This document shows, one piece after another, positions 21,867 through 32,182 of a stretch of 64,000 bases of DNA (the first letter of the stretch is position 1; the number at the start of each line of letters is the position of its first letter). This DNA is from an uncultured Clostridia bacterium (GTDB lineage: Bacteria; Bacillota; Clostridia; TANB77; CAG-508), in assembly GCA_934121875.1 (NCBI GenBank), contig CAKOVG010000001.1, forward strand, positions 12,442 through 76,441, read 5' to 3'. A program made the translations under genes and the position numbers. The notes under the pieces were generated by a model, which did not search any database, was not told the DNA's origin, and saw nothing but the letters and a program-made list of their open reading frames with translations.

Positions 21867-24224
21867 TTATTCTTCTGTATTTTCTGTTGTTGACATTTTT
21901 AGTTCTTGCCATCTTTCTTTAGACATAAGTACTTCACGAGGTTTGCTACCTTGATATCCTGATATAACACCTCTTTCTTCCATCTGATCAATTATTCTTC
22001 CTGCTCTTGCATATCCTACTTTAAATCTTCTTTGAATAAATGAGGTAGATGCTTGCCTTGTGTCTACAACTGTGTCTATTGCCTCCATTAGTAAAGGGTC
22101 AGTTCCATCGTCATCTGCTGATTGTTCAGCTTCTAAATCTTTTTCTGTTTTGTTTGCATTTTCAATTTGCTCTATTATATCCTCATTGTATTTAACTTCG
22201 CCATTTGCTTTTATGAAATCTACTATTTTTTCTACTTCTTTGTCTGATACAAATGCGCCCTGTACCCTAGTAGGCTTTGGAGCTCCTGCTGGGTAGAAAA
22301 GCATATCTCCTTTTCCAAGTAGTTTTTCTGCTCCAACCATATCTAGTATAGTTCTTGAATCTATTTGTGAAGATACTGCAAATGAAATTCTTGATGGTAT
22401 ATTAGCTTTGATAATACCTGTGATAACATCTACAGATGGTCTTTGTGTGGCAATTACTAAGTGCATACCTGCTGCTCTTGCTTTTTGCGCCAAACGACAA
22501 ATTGAATCTTCTACATCTTTTGATGCAACCATCATTAAGTCTGCAAGCTCGTCTATAATAATTACTATTTGAGGTAATATTCCTGTATCTTCTTGTTTAG
22601 ATATTTCATTATACCCTTTAATATCTCTAACACCTTTTTGTGCAAATATTTGATATCGATTTTCCATTTCTTGTACAGCCCATGCTAGTGCTCCTGCTGC
22701 TTTTTTAGGATCTGTAACTACTGGTATTAATAAATGTGGTATTCCATTATATACAGAAAGTTCAACTACTTTTGGATCTACCATTAAAAGTTTTACTTCA
22801 TTTGGTTTTGCTTTATATAGTATACTTGAAATCAAAGTATTTATACATACGCTTTTACCAGAACCTGTTGCACCAGCTATTAGTACGTGTGGCATTTTTG
22901 CTATATCTGTTACTACTGGTTCTCCTGCAACATCTTTGCCTAGACCAAATGCTAGTTTAGATTTGTGGTCCTTAAAATTTGTTGATTCTATTATTTCTCT
23001 AAAATGTACTACTTCATTTTCTTTATTTGGAATTTCAATTCCTACAGCTTGTTTTCCTGGTATTGGTGCTTCAATACGAATACTTTCTGCTGCTAAATTA
23101 AGTGCAATATCATCTGATAAATTTGCAATTTTACTAACTCTTACACCTTCTGCTGGTTTTAATTCATATCTTGTAATTGCTGGACCTACAGACACATTTT
23201 CAACTTTGGCTGATACCCCAAAACTATATAATGTTTTTTGCAATCTAGCCGCTGTATCCATTACAGCTTTTTTTCCACCTTTACTTGTTTTCTTTTCAGG
23301 TTCTGCTAGTAATTCTGCTGGTGGAAATTCATAGTTTTCATCTTCTTCTGTAATAGTATGTTCTAGTTGTAGCACTTCTTTTGTTTTATCTTCTTTTTGT
23401 TCTTCAACTTGTTTAAACAAGTTGGCATCCACTACTTCTGGTGAAGACTCTTCTTCCTTCTTTTTACCAAAGAAAGGTATTGCTAAGTCATCATGACTAT
23501 ATTTTTTCTTTTCATGTTTTTCATCTTTATCATTTATATTTATTGTTAATTGATCATCAAATTGAGACGCTAATTTTATTGCATCTTCCTCTTCTCTTAA
23601 TTTTTTAATTTTTTTATCTTCTTTTATAATTGTATCTTTTTCATAGGAATGCTTGCTTTTTCTTTCTTTACGTTTTTCTTCTTTTCTTTCTTGTAGTTCA
23701 TCTAATAAATTGCTAATCATTTCTGCTGGTTTAATTCCAAACATAAACACAAGTAAAATTACAGCTATACCTATTGTTGCAATTATTGCTCCTACATTTC
23801 CTAATGCCTTAATTAGTGGAACTGCAATTATTGCTCCTATTGCTCCTCCATCTGTGTATTGCTCAGTAGTTCCATTTTCATAAGCATTTTTTATTATACT
23901 ACTAAAATTACTGTCTACTTGTAAGTTGCCATTTATAATGCTGAAAAATGCTGCTATACATAGCAAAAATATTCCATACTGAATTAGTTTATGTGTCATG
24001 TATTCTTTATCATTATGAGTCATGTATATTGCAATTAGCAAAGTTCCAATTGGAATAATATACTTTATAAACCCCATAACTCCACCTAGCATAGGACTTA
24101 ATACTTGTCCAACACTTCCTGATTTACCATATATCAAAATCATTAATAATATGCTAAGTACAACTAGCCCCACTACTGCAATATTTATATCTAATTGATT
24201 TTTCTTTTTTTTTCTCTTTGCCAC
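21867..24224 (-). CDS. ftsK: DNA translocase FtsK/SpoIIIE
   Basis: N-terminal TM segments, a charged linker, Walker A GATGSGKS, and a C-terminal gamma domain. Confidence 0.9.
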   Translation of the reverse strand: MAKRKKKKNQLDINIAVVGLVVLSILLMILIYGKSGSVGQVLSPMLGGVMGFIKYIIPIGTLLIAIYMTHNDKEYMTHKLIQYGIFLLCIAAFFSIINGNLQVDSNFSSIIKNAYENGTTEQYTDGGAIGAIIAVPLIKALGNVGAIIATIGIAVILLVFMFGIKPAEMISNLLDELQERKEEKRKERKSKHSYEKDTIIKEDKKIKKLREEEDAIKLASQFDDQLTININDKDEKHEKKKYSHDDLAIPFFGKKKEEESSPEVVDANLFKQVEEQKEDKTKEVLQLEHTITEEDENYEFPPAELLAEPEKKTSKGGKKAVMDTAARLQKTLYSFGVSAKVENVSVGPAITRYELKPAEGVRVSKIANLSDDIALNLAAESIRIEAPIPGKQAVGIEIPNKENEVVHFREIIESTNFKDHKSKLAFGLGKDVAGEPVVTDIAKMPHVLIAGATGSGKSVCINTLISSILYKAKPNEVKLLMVDPKVVELSVYNGIPHLLIPVVTDPKKAAGALAWAVQEMENRYQIFAQKGVRDIKGYNEISKQEDTGILPQIVIIIDELADLMMVASKDVEDSICRLAQKARAAGMHLVIATQRPSVDVITGIIKANIPSRISFAVSSQIDSRTILDMVGAEKLLGKGDMLFYPAGAPKPTRVQGAFVSDKEVEKIVDFIKANGEVKYNEDIIEQIENANKTEKDLEAEQSADDDGTDPLLMEAIDTVVDTRQASTSFIQRRFKVGYARAGRIIDQMEERGVISGYQGSKPREVLMSKERWQELKMSTTENTEE

Positions 24225-24290
24225 TTTTCATTCTCCTTTAATACAACAATAAGAGCCAGACCTCACAAGATGTCTGACCCTTCAAAATCA

Positions 24291-24728
24291 TTATTTAAGT
24301 TCTTTTCTGTTGTTTTGAATTACCTTCATTGCATCTTGAAGCGCAACCTCAATACCAGCTAATACACTGTCTGCATATTCTTTTGTTCCTTTTGATATTT
24401 CTCTTGACATTTCATTGGCTGTTTCTATGATTTCTACTTTTTTCTCATATGCTTTTCTTGTAATTTCATGTTCATCAATCATAGAAATAATTCTATTTTC
24501 TGCTTCTTTAATTATTTCATCAGCCTCATTTTGAGCTTCTACTAAAATTCTTTGTCTTTCTTCTTTAACCCATTTGGCTTGTTTTAATTCTTCTGGTAGT
24601 TTCAACCTAATTTCTTTAATTATATCTAAAATTTCTTCTTTATCTACCACACATTTACCAGAAAAAGGTACACTTCTGCTTTTTTCAAGCATATCTTCTA
24701 AAGTTTCTAATAAGGTGAATATTTCCAT
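24291..24728 (-). CDS. hypothetical coiled-coil protein (charged; ATP synthase b-like/DUF-type)
   Basis: 145-aa ORF downstream of rsmD. Composition is low-complexity E/K-rich. Confidence 0.45.
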   Translation of the reverse strand: MEIFTLLETLEDMLEKSRSVPFSGKCVVDKEEILDIIKEIRLKLPEELKQAKWVKEERQRILVEAQNEADEIIKEAENRIISMIDEHEITRKAYEKKVEIIETANEMSREISKGTKEYADSVLAGIEVALQDAMKVIQNNRKELK

Positions 24729-24733
24729 TGTTT

Positions 24734-25315
24734 TTAACCCCTTTCAGTGCTATTATATGCACTTTTTGCTAAGAATATAAGACTTACTCTTCCATATTTT
24801 CTTATATCTAATATTTCTACATTTATTTTTTCAAGTTCGAGTAGTTCTCGTTTCTCATCATCGGTTTCTATGATTATATTTCCCTCTTCTTTTAGTAAAT
24901 TAAGTGATATAATTTTTTTTACAGCATCAACCGCAATATTGGCTTGATATGGTGGGTCTATATAAACAAAATCAAATTGTAAGTTTTGGCTATGTAATAA
25001 TTCTAGTGTTTTTTTATAATCCTTGTATATTACTGTTGCTTTACTATCTAACTTTGTTTTTTGTAAGTTGCTGTATATCATTTTAATTGCAACAGGATTT
25101 TTTTCACACAAATATGCTTTTTCTGCTCCCCTGCTTAAAAATTCAATTGCTATTGCTCCACTTCCTGAAAATAAGTCTAAAATAGTTGAATTTTGTATTT
25201 TAGTTTGAATAATATTAAATACTGATTCTTTTACCCTGTCTAGTGTTGGCCTTGTTGAAAGGCTTTCAATTGAATTTAATTTAGTTCCTCTTGCTATTCC
25301 ACTTATTACTCTCAT
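24734..25315 (-). CDS. rsmD: 16S rRNA (guanine966-N2)-methyltransferase RsmD
   Basis: LDLFSGSGAIAIE SAM motif and DPPY catalytic motif. Confidence 0.85.
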   Translation of the reverse strand: MRVISGIARGTKLNSIESLSTRPTLDRVKESVFNIIQTKIQNSTILDLFSGSGAIAIEFLSRGAEKAYLCEKNPVAIKMIYSNLQKTKLDSKATVIYKDYKKTLELLHSQNLQFDFVYIDPPYQANIAVDAVKKIISLNLLKEEGNIIIETDDEKRELLELEKINVEILDIRKYGRVSLIFLAKSAYNSTERG

Positions 25316-25569
25316 AGTACCTCTATAATGATATACATATTTTATATTTTTTTACCAATATGTCAATGCTTTTAACACAAATGTAATATTATTTTAATGC
25401 AATTGTAATAATGTCAAATTTTTGTAATATTGCATTTGTATTATATATTAAATTATGTTAAATGTAAAGTATTTTTTTAAATCTTGCAAACGAAAAATAC
25501 TAGCATATTTAAATATATGCTAGTATTACAGACTGTTAACAAAGTATAACATATTTTATCACTTTATCT

Positions 25570-26019
25570 TTAGTCTTTATTTACTTCTTTTAATAGTTCT
25601 AGTTGAGAAATAAGTAATGATTCCATTTTTGCTTTATATACATCAAATTGTTTCTGTAATTCTTCTAATTCTTTTTGTTTCATTGTAATTTCTTGTTCTA
25701 GTTCTATTACTGCTTGTTTAGCATTTGCTTGAGCTTCATTAATTATAGCCTCTGCTTGTTGTTTTGCTAGGTTTTTAACATCATCTGCTGCTGTTTGTGC
25801 CATAAGCAATGTATTTTGTAATGTGCTTTCTATATTTTTATATTTAGCCATGTCTTCTTGCATATCTTCTATTTTATTTTTTGCTTCTGATGCTTCTTTA
25901 TATATTTTTTCATAGTCAGCTGTTAGTTCATCTAAAAATTCGTCTACTTCATCTACGCTATATCCATTCATCATTTGTTTTGAAAATTTTTTATTTTCAA
26001 TGTCTAAAGGTGTAAGCAT
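25570..26019 (-). CDS. divIVA: cell-division protein DivIVA
   Basis: N-terminal MLTPLDIENKKFSK...GYSVDEVDEFLDEL is the DivIVA signature, followed by coiled coil. Confidence 0.85.
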   Translation of the reverse strand: MLTPLDIENKKFSKQMMNGYSVDEVDEFLDELTADYEKIYKEASEAKNKIEDMQEDMAKYKNIESTLQNTLLMAQTAADDVKNLAKQQAEAIINEAQANAKQAVIELEQEITMKQKELEELQKQFDVYKAKMESLLISQLELLKEVNKD

Positions 26020-26034
26020 ATTTATTCCTCCTAA

Positions 26035-26508
26035 TTAGTTTCCATTTTTTAACCATGAAACTGATAATTTGCTTTTTATTTCGTCTCTTGCTGTTTCATT
26101 TTCAATATCATAATTGAATGGTGCAATTAATACTATAGAATTAGAAATTTTTTGCATATGGCCGTCTAATGCATGTACTGCACCAGATACCACATCTACG
26201 ATTCTTCTTGCAACATCTTTATTAACATATTCTAAATTAACTATTACTGATTTTTTCTGTTTTAATAAATCACATATAGTTGCAGCTTGCTCAAAAGTAG
26301 TAGGTTGTGAAATAACCATTTTTACTTGTTGTGTTTGAGGCATAGCAACAACCTTGCTATTTTTTCTTCCCCATAGTTTCTTTTCTTCTTGTTCTTCATC
26401 TTCATTTTCAATTTCTTCTGTATCAACCTCTTCGATTTCTTCGTCTCTGTCTTCTGCTGGATCCATTCCAAATAATCCCCAAACTTTTTCCATTATAGCT
26501 CCTGCCAT
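26035..26508 (-). CDS. sepF: cell-division protein SepF
   Basis: Acidic N-terminus and the conserved SepF core (VIVNLEYVNKDVARRIVDVVSGAVHALDGHMQKI). Confidence 0.85.
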   Translation of the reverse strand: MAGAIMEKVWGLFGMDPAEDRDEEIEEVDTEEIENEDEEQEEKKLWGRKNSKVVAMPQTQQVKMVISQPTTFEQAATICDLLKQKKSVIVNLEYVNKDVARRIVDVVSGAVHALDGHMQKISNSIVLIAPFNYDIENETARDEIKSKLSVSWLKNGN

Positions 26509-26642
26509 TTAAAACAACCTCCTAAAATTTACTAATCCTTCGTTTTTAACTGTACATAGTATCTAACTTTTTGCTCATATTGTCAATAGTTTTTTTGTTT
26601 GTAATAATAATTTAATATTGTTGTAATATTTTTGTAATAATT

Positions 26643-27920
26643 TTATGTCGGATTTTTTAGTATTTCGTCATATAATGTTAAGGTCTTTCTTCCTTTTATT
26701 TCTTCACTTGTATAGCCTATTTCTTTTAATTCTTCACTTGTATAGTTTTCTACTATTGCATATTTATCATTTTGTTTTAATATTTTTATTAGTATTTTAT
26801 CTTGATAACCATTTCTATTTCGTGTTATATAAGCAACATTGTTTTCTCCTTTTTGTTCAAATCCAATTGCTGTATTAGGTATTTTCTTTCCACTATAACT
26901 CCACCAAATTATATCAAATGAAATTTTTCTATAGCTTACTAGTTCTTGTACTTGCTCATCTACCTCAAAAATGACTAATGCTTTATTATCTTCTTTTGAA
27001 ACATATTGTATTTTTCCGGTAATTTCTTCTCTGTTTGAAAGTCTTATTTGGGCTGTTTTGCCTACTTCAGCATTCATTCCTTGTTCAGTGTCTAATATAC
27101 ATGCTATATAACATTCAAAGTTATTTATAATTTTTGCGCTTTCTTTGCTATCTGTTACTAACTGTCCTGTTTTTAAGTTTAAATTTTCTAATAGTTTTAC
27201 TGTTATTTTTGAAAAATCCTTTGTATTCAGTTTTTCCTCATAGCCATCAACTTTATATGAAACTATGCCACTTATTGGTGAATTTACCTTTTCTGATCCT
27301 TCATTTAATTGATTTTCATATTTGCTTCTTTCATTTATTAGTTTGTTTAGGTATGAACCTGCCGGGCTTAATTTTCCTGCTATTTTAGCTTTTCTTACAA
27401 TATTATTTGATATGTCTTTTTTTACTTTTGTTATTGTTTGTATATTTGTTTCTTGCCTTAAAGATATTATTTGGTTTTCTATTTGTTTTTCCAGTGCTTT
27501 TGTGTCTCCTGAGTACAAATCTTTTTCCTTAGATATTGCTTCATCAATTTTAACATCCAAACCTTTTATTTTATTTACCAAATTTTCTTCTCCGGCTGAA
27601 TAGTAGCGAAAAATAGCTTCTCCTTTTGCAACTCTTTCTCCTTCTGTTTTTATTTGTTCAATACCATTTTTATAATTAGAACCTTTTACTATTGTTTCAT
27701 CTCTAATTATATAGCCTGTGTTTTGTTCTTCTTGATAAATTTTTCCTTGTTCTACCGTAAAAGTGTCTGTTGGATTTTTTACAAATATAGCTACTTTATA
27801 TATGCAAAACATTATAATTGCAAGAAACACGGCAGAAAAAATTAGCATTTTTTTGTTCCTTTGCAATGCTTGAAAGTTACCTTTATTTTTTGTTTTTTTA
27901 TTTATTTTCTTTTTCTCCAC
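26643..27920 (-). CDS. membrane-anchored protein with HlyD/membrane-fusion-like coiled-coil and beta-barrel regions
   Basis: The ORF-track frame runs 26643..27953. I prefer the GTG at 27920 with a perfect TGGAGGAATACA-GTG RBS. There is one N-terminal TM helix. It lies between miaA and sepF. Confidence 0.5.
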   Translation of the reverse strand: MEKKKINKKTKNKGNFQALQRNKKMLIFSAVFLAIIMFCIYKVAIFVKNPTDTFTVEQGKIYQEEQNTGYIIRDETIVKGSNYKNGIEQIKTEGERVAKGEAIFRYYSAGEENLVNKIKGLDVKIDEAISKEKDLYSGDTKALEKQIENQIISLRQETNIQTITKVKKDISNNIVRKAKIAGKLSPAGSYLNKLINERSKYENQLNEGSEKVNSPISGIVSYKVDGYEEKLNTKDFSKITVKLLENLNLKTGQLVTDSKESAKIINNFECYIACILDTEQGMNAEVGKTAQIRLSNREEITGKIQYVSKEDNKALVIFEVDEQVQELVSYRKISFDIIWWSYSGKKIPNTAIGFEQKGENNVAYITRNRNGYQDKILIKILKQNDKYAIVENYTSEELKEIGYTSEEIKGRKTLTLYDEILKNPT

Positions 27921-28833
27921 TGTATTCCTCCAAAATATATTGTATGTTTTCATACAATGGTGCTAAGCCATTTATCCATTTTATTTCTTTATCTTTTCTA
28001 AACCAAGTTAGTTGTCTTTTAGCATACCTTCTTGTTTCCATTTTTAGCTTTTCTATCATTTGGTCTTTGGTTATTTTACCTTCTAAATATTCTACTACCT
28101 CTTTATATCCTAAGCCTTGCATTGCTGTAGGAAACTCTTTATATTTTTGTTTTAGTTCTTTTACTTCTTCAATTAATCCTTGTTCTATCATAATGTCAAC
28201 TCTTTTGTTAATGCGTTCATATAGTTTTTCTCTATTCATATCAATTGCAAAAATAATATATTGGTATGGTGGTGGAATTAGCCTAGATTCTGCTTCAAGC
28301 TGAGTTTTTGTTTTCCCTGTTTGATGATAAATTTCAAGCACCCTCATTATACGTTTTTTATCTCTTGAGCTAATTGTTTTCATTGCTTGTTCATCTATTT
28401 GTACTGCTCGTTTATATAAATCTTCTAATCCATTTTTTTGTGCTAGTTCTTCTAATTGCTCTCTATATTTAATATCTATTTGAATTTCAGGATATGTGAT
28501 GTTTTTAGTTAAAGCATCTACATATAAACCTGTTCCACCAACTATTATTGGTACTTTGTTTCTGCTTAATATTTCCTCTATTTTTTTAGTTGCTTCTTGT
28601 TTAAAGTCTGCAACACTATATCTTTGGTTTGGAAGAACAAAATCCAACAAATGGTGTGGTATTCCTTGCATTTCTTCTATTGTTGGTTTTGCAGTTCCTA
28701 TACTCATGTCTTTATATATTTGCATTGAGTCACTTGAAATTATTTCACCATTTATTTTTTTTGCAAGTTCAATAGATAAACTTGTTTTTCCAGACGCTGT
28801 TGGTCCACATATAACTATTACCTTTGGTTTCAT
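27898..28833 (-). CDS. miaA: tRNA dimethylallyltransferase MiaA
   Basis: P-loop GPTASGKT and a MiaA fold-length of 311 aa. It follows mutL. Confidence 0.9.
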   Translation of the reverse strand: MKPKVIVICGPTASGKTSLSIELAKKINGEIISSDSMQIYKDMSIGTAKPTIEEMQGIPHHLLDFVLPNQRYSVADFKQEATKKIEEILSRNKVPIIVGGTGLYVDALTKNITYPEIQIDIKYREQLEELAQKNGLEDLYKRAVQIDEQAMKTISSRDKKRIMRVLEIYHQTGKTKTQLEAESRLIPPPYQYIIFAIDMNREKLYERINKRVDIMIEQGLIEEVKELKQKYKEFPTAMQGLGYKEVVEYLEGKITKDQMIEKLKMETRRYAKRQLTWFRKDKEIKWINGLAPLYENIQYILEEYSGEKENK

Positions 28834-28842
28834 ATTTTTCTC

Positions 28843-29271
28843 CTATTTTGCTGATTGTATAATACTCAAAATTCCATTTTGAATATCTTTAAAGTAAAAG
28901 AATTCAATTATTAATGCTATTATTATAATTACACCAGCTAGTATAACGCGATTTCTAAACTTTTCTGATTTTAGCATTCCTTGTTTGAAATACTTATATG
29001 AACTAGCCAAAAATGGTAGCACTAATATACTGTTTATTGGTACAAATGTAAATGTAATAAAGTTTTTACCTACATCATTTGATACTCCCAAATCAATATT
29101 TTTAGTACTTAACCAATATACTAAAGATACTGTTGCATACATAATTGCAATTCCAACTATAATGAAAATAGCCTTTTCCTTTTTTTCTATTTCTTCTCCC
29201 AAAAGTTTATACATCATAAAAATTGCTGCTAAGTTCAATGCTAAAATGCAAAGGTAAATAAATATAACCAT
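28843..29271 (-). CDS. hypothetical small integral membrane protein (4 predicted TM)
   Basis: 142-aa hydrophobic ORF between mutL and miaA. Confidence 0.4.
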   Translation of the reverse strand: MVIFIYLCILALNLAAIFMMYKLLGEEIEKKEKAIFIIVGIAIMYATVSLVYWLSTKNIDLGVSNDVGKNFITFTFVPINSILVLPFLASSYKYFKQGMLKSEKFRNRVILAGVIIIIALIIEFFYFKDIQNGILSIIQSAK

Positions 29272-29280
29272 TATTTTCTC

Positions 29281-31395
29281 CTATCTTCTCGAAAATTTCT
29301 TTTCAATATCTGTTTTTGTCATTTTTATTGCTGTAGGTCTTCCGTGTGGACATGTAAATGGATTTGGAAGTACTAATAGTTGTTTCATTAAATTGTCTAC
29401 TTCTGTTTGAGTAAGTGCCATGTTTGCCTTTACTGCCGCCTTACATGCTACTGTTGCAATAAATTTTTCTTCTATTTCTTGTTTTGCTGTTCTTGCTACT
29501 GTATTTATTTCATCTAATGTTTCTAAAAATAATTCTTTAGTGTCAAGATCTAGGCATATATTAGGAACTCCACTTAATTTTATGGTGTTTTCTCCAAATT
29601 CTTCTAGTGTAAAACCTGCTTTTCTAAACATTTCTATATTTTCTTTTGCTATATCCATTTCTTTATGTGGTAGTGTTATTATGTCTGGTAATAGCATTAA
29701 TTGAGAATCTTTTTCTGCATCACTATAATAATTTTTCTTTACTTTTTCATATAGAATTCTTTCATGTGCTGCATGTTGATCTAATATATATAGTTCATTA
29801 TTTAACTCTAAAATTATATATGTTGAAAATGCAATTCCTATAAATTTATATTCAGGAATCTCGTTTTTCTCTTCTTTTTGGAATATAGATACATTTTCTA
29901 ATGATGTCATTTCTTTTGGTTGCACGGTTATTTTTTCTTCTTTGTTTTTTTCCTCTTGTGCCTTTTTTCTTATATCTGATGGTATTGTTCCAAAAGTTTT
30001 TATATACATTTCATCAAAACTTTTTGCTGCATCCTCTACCTTTAGGTTTTCTAATTTATTTATTTCATTTATAATTTTTGTACTATTTTCAGATGCTTTT
30101 GTATCTGTACTTACTGGTAATTCATAAGCTGTTGTATCTTCTGCAACTACTTCTTGTTTTCTAGCATCATCTAGTCCAAATTTATTTGAATATATTTGTG
30201 CTATTAAGTTGCTTTTATCTTCAGGTTCTTCTGGCACTTCTTTTTTAAATCTTTTAAATAATCCTCCAAAAGATTTTTCTTCAATTTTGTTATCATATTT
30301 TATTTGGTCTACTGGAGCTGTGTTTACAATTATAGTGTCCATTGGTACAGCTTTTGTTTCATCTGGTTCTTTTTCAGTATCTGCAACTAAATCTCCTTTT
30401 AACAGACCATCTCTTATAGTATGATATACTGCTTTGAATACTTTACTTTCTTCTTCAAACCTAACTTCCAGTTTTGCGGGGTGTACATTTACATCTACTT
30501 TTTGCGGATTCATTTCTATATTCAACACTAAAAATCCATATTTTCCAATTGTAATTAATCCCTTGTATCCTTGTTCTGCCGCACTTGTTAGTGTTTTATC
30601 TTTTATATATCTTTTGTTTAAAAAAAATAATTGGTTTGAACGGTTTGAACGCGCTATAACTGGTTTGCCAATTACTCCTGTGACTGTTATATCTTCATAA
30701 TTATAGTTCACTTCTATTATATTTTCCGCAACATCTTTTCCATATATGCTATATATAACTGCTTTAAAATCATTATTTCCAGGTGTTTGTATTATTGTTT
30801 TTCCTGTGTTGATTAATTTTACTGCAATTTCTGGATGTATTAAAGCAATTCTTGTTACTACGTCTTCAATGTATCCAGCCTCTGTAAAATCTTTTTTTAA
30901 AAATTTATATCTAACAGGTGTATTGAAAAATAAATCTGTTATTACAATAGTAGTTCCTTTTGGACATCCTGCTTCTTCTTTATTTTTTATAGTTCCGCCT
31001 TCAACTTCTATTTTGTATCCAATTTCATTTTCTATGTATTTAGATGTCATTTCTACTTTACTAATAGCGGCTATACTTGCTAGTGCCTCGCCTCTGAATC
31101 CCATAGTCTTAACTGTTTCTAAGTCTTCAGCTTTTCTTATTTTCGATGTAGCATGTCTTTCAAATGCTATTTCCATATCGTCTGGTGCTATACCTTTTCC
31201 GTTATCAGTAATACGAATGTATGAAATTCCTCCATTTTTTATTTCTACTGTTACCGCTGTAGCTCCTGCATCAATTGAGTTCTCCATTAATTCTTTTACT
31301 ACTGATGCTGGTCTTTCAATTACCTCTCCGGCAGCAATTTTATTTATTGTATTGTCATCTAATAGTACTATATTTCCCACTGTTTTTTCCTCCAT
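29281..31395 (-). CDS. mutL: DNA mismatch repair protein MutL
   Basis: GHKL ATPase motifs (ELMENSIDAG, GFRGEALASI), 704 aa. Confidence 0.9.
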   Translation of the reverse strand: MEEKTVGNIVLLDDNTINKIAAGEVIERPASVVKELMENSIDAGATAVTVEIKNGGISYIRITDNGKGIAPDDMEIAFERHATSKIRKAEDLETVKTMGFRGEALASIAAISKVEMTSKYIENEIGYKIEVEGGTIKNKEEAGCPKGTTIVITDLFFNTPVRYKFLKKDFTEAGYIEDVVTRIALIHPEIAVKLINTGKTIIQTPGNNDFKAVIYSIYGKDVAENIIEVNYNYEDITVTGVIGKPVIARSNRSNQLFFLNKRYIKDKTLTSAAEQGYKGLITIGKYGFLVLNIEMNPQKVDVNVHPAKLEVRFEEESKVFKAVYHTIRDGLLKGDLVADTEKEPDETKAVPMDTIIVNTAPVDQIKYDNKIEEKSFGGLFKRFKKEVPEEPEDKSNLIAQIYSNKFGLDDARKQEVVAEDTTAYELPVSTDTKASENSTKIINEINKLENLKVEDAAKSFDEMYIKTFGTIPSDIRKKAQEEKNKEEKITVQPKEMTSLENVSIFQKEEKNEIPEYKFIGIAFSTYIILELNNELYILDQHAAHERILYEKVKKNYYSDAEKDSQLMLLPDIITLPHKEMDIAKENIEMFRKAGFTLEEFGENTIKLSGVPNICLDLDTKELFLETLDEINTVARTAKQEIEEKFIATVACKAAVKANMALTQTEVDNLMKQLLVLPNPFTCPHGRPTAIKMTKTDIEKKFSRR

Positions 31396-31562
31396 TTTTC
31401 TTACTACTTATTTCTTTCTGAATTATATCATTCTTTTTCTATTTTTTGTATAGTTTTTAGACAATTTTTTTGTTTAATTATTTAATGTAACACTTTTAAG
31501 ATTATTAGAATACTATATACCATACGAAAGAGCTAAAAATATTTTATAGGAGGTAAAAAAAA

Positions 31563-31670
31563 GTGGGATGTGGTTGCAATAATAGTGAGCTACTTTGGTT
31601 CATAATCTTATTCTTATTACTTTTCTGCTGTGGCAATGGCTGCGGATGCAACAACGGTTGTGGTTGCTAA
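31563..31670 (+). CDS. tiny Gly/Cys-rich single-TM peptide (35 aa, VGCGCNNSELLWFIILFLLLFCCGNGCGCNNGCGC), YjcZ/tiny_TM_bacill-like
   Basis: Hand-translated. A TAGGAGGT RBS sits 8 nt upstream of the GTG start. The composition pattern (GC-dipeptide N- and C-termini around an FIILFLLLF core) fits the YjcZ sporulation micro-protein family. It is below the ORF-track length cut-off. Confidence 0.5.
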   Translation: MGCGCNNSELLWFIILFLLLFCCGNGCGCNNGCGC

Positions 31671-31701
31671 TTAATTTGTACATGTGAAAGGAGTGAATAA
31701 T

Positions 31702-31827
31702 ATGCCAGAGAATAGAGGATGCGGATGTGGCGGATTTGGTTTTGGTGATGATTGCTGCATTTGGATAATTATCTTTATAATTCTAATTTGTTGCTGTTGT
31801 GGTGGCAATAGAGGTGGATGTTGCTAA
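31702..31827 (+). CDS. tiny Gly/Cys-rich single-TM peptide (41 aa, MPENRGCGCGGFGFGDDCCIWIIIFIILICCCCGGNRGGCC), YjcZ-like paralog
   Basis: Hand-translated. An AAAGGAGTG RBS sits 7 nt upstream of the ATG. It is a tandem paralog of 31563..31670. Confidence 0.55.
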   Translation: MPENRGCGCGGFGFGDDCCIWIIIFIILICCCCGGNRGGCC

Positions 31828-31878
31828 GAGTATAACAAAAAATGGTTCCTATAATAGGAGCCATTTTTTCATACTAAG

Positions 31879-32019
31879 TTATTTGTTTTTTTCTTGTTGA
31901 GGTGCTTTTCTTCTGTCTGTTCCTCTTCTTCCACCTTTTACATCACATTCAACCTGTCTTCTATCATTTTTCTTTTTTCTTCTATCTTCAAACATATTTC
32001 CTTTACTATCTACTATCAT
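31879..32019 (-). CDS. small Arg/Lys-rich basic protein (46 aa, MIVDSKGNMFEDRRKKKNDRRQVECDVKGGRRGTDRRKAPQQEKNK)
   Basis: Hand-translated. An AAGGAGAA RBS lies upstream of the ATG at 32019. No recognisable family. Confidence 0.35.
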   Translation of the reverse strand: MIVDSKGNMFEDRRKKKNDRRQVECDVKGGRRGTDRRKAPQQEKNK

Positions 32020-32182
32020 ATTTTTATTCTCCTTGGTTAAATATTATATATTTATATTACTTTATATTTCAAAAAAAATCAATAGTTTTTTTTATTTTTG
32101 TAAATTGACATAATAAGTTTATTGTATTATAATTTAATTATATTAATTATTAACATTTTTACTTTCAGGAGGTTTAATACTG

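Noticed and set aside
27898-27953. 56-bp overlap between miaA and the ORF-track start of the upstream HlyD-like gene as evidence of a programmed frameshift or fusion
   Set aside because: A better start (GTG at 27920 with a perfect GGAGG RBS) reduces the overlap to about 22 nt, which is ordinary operon coupling.
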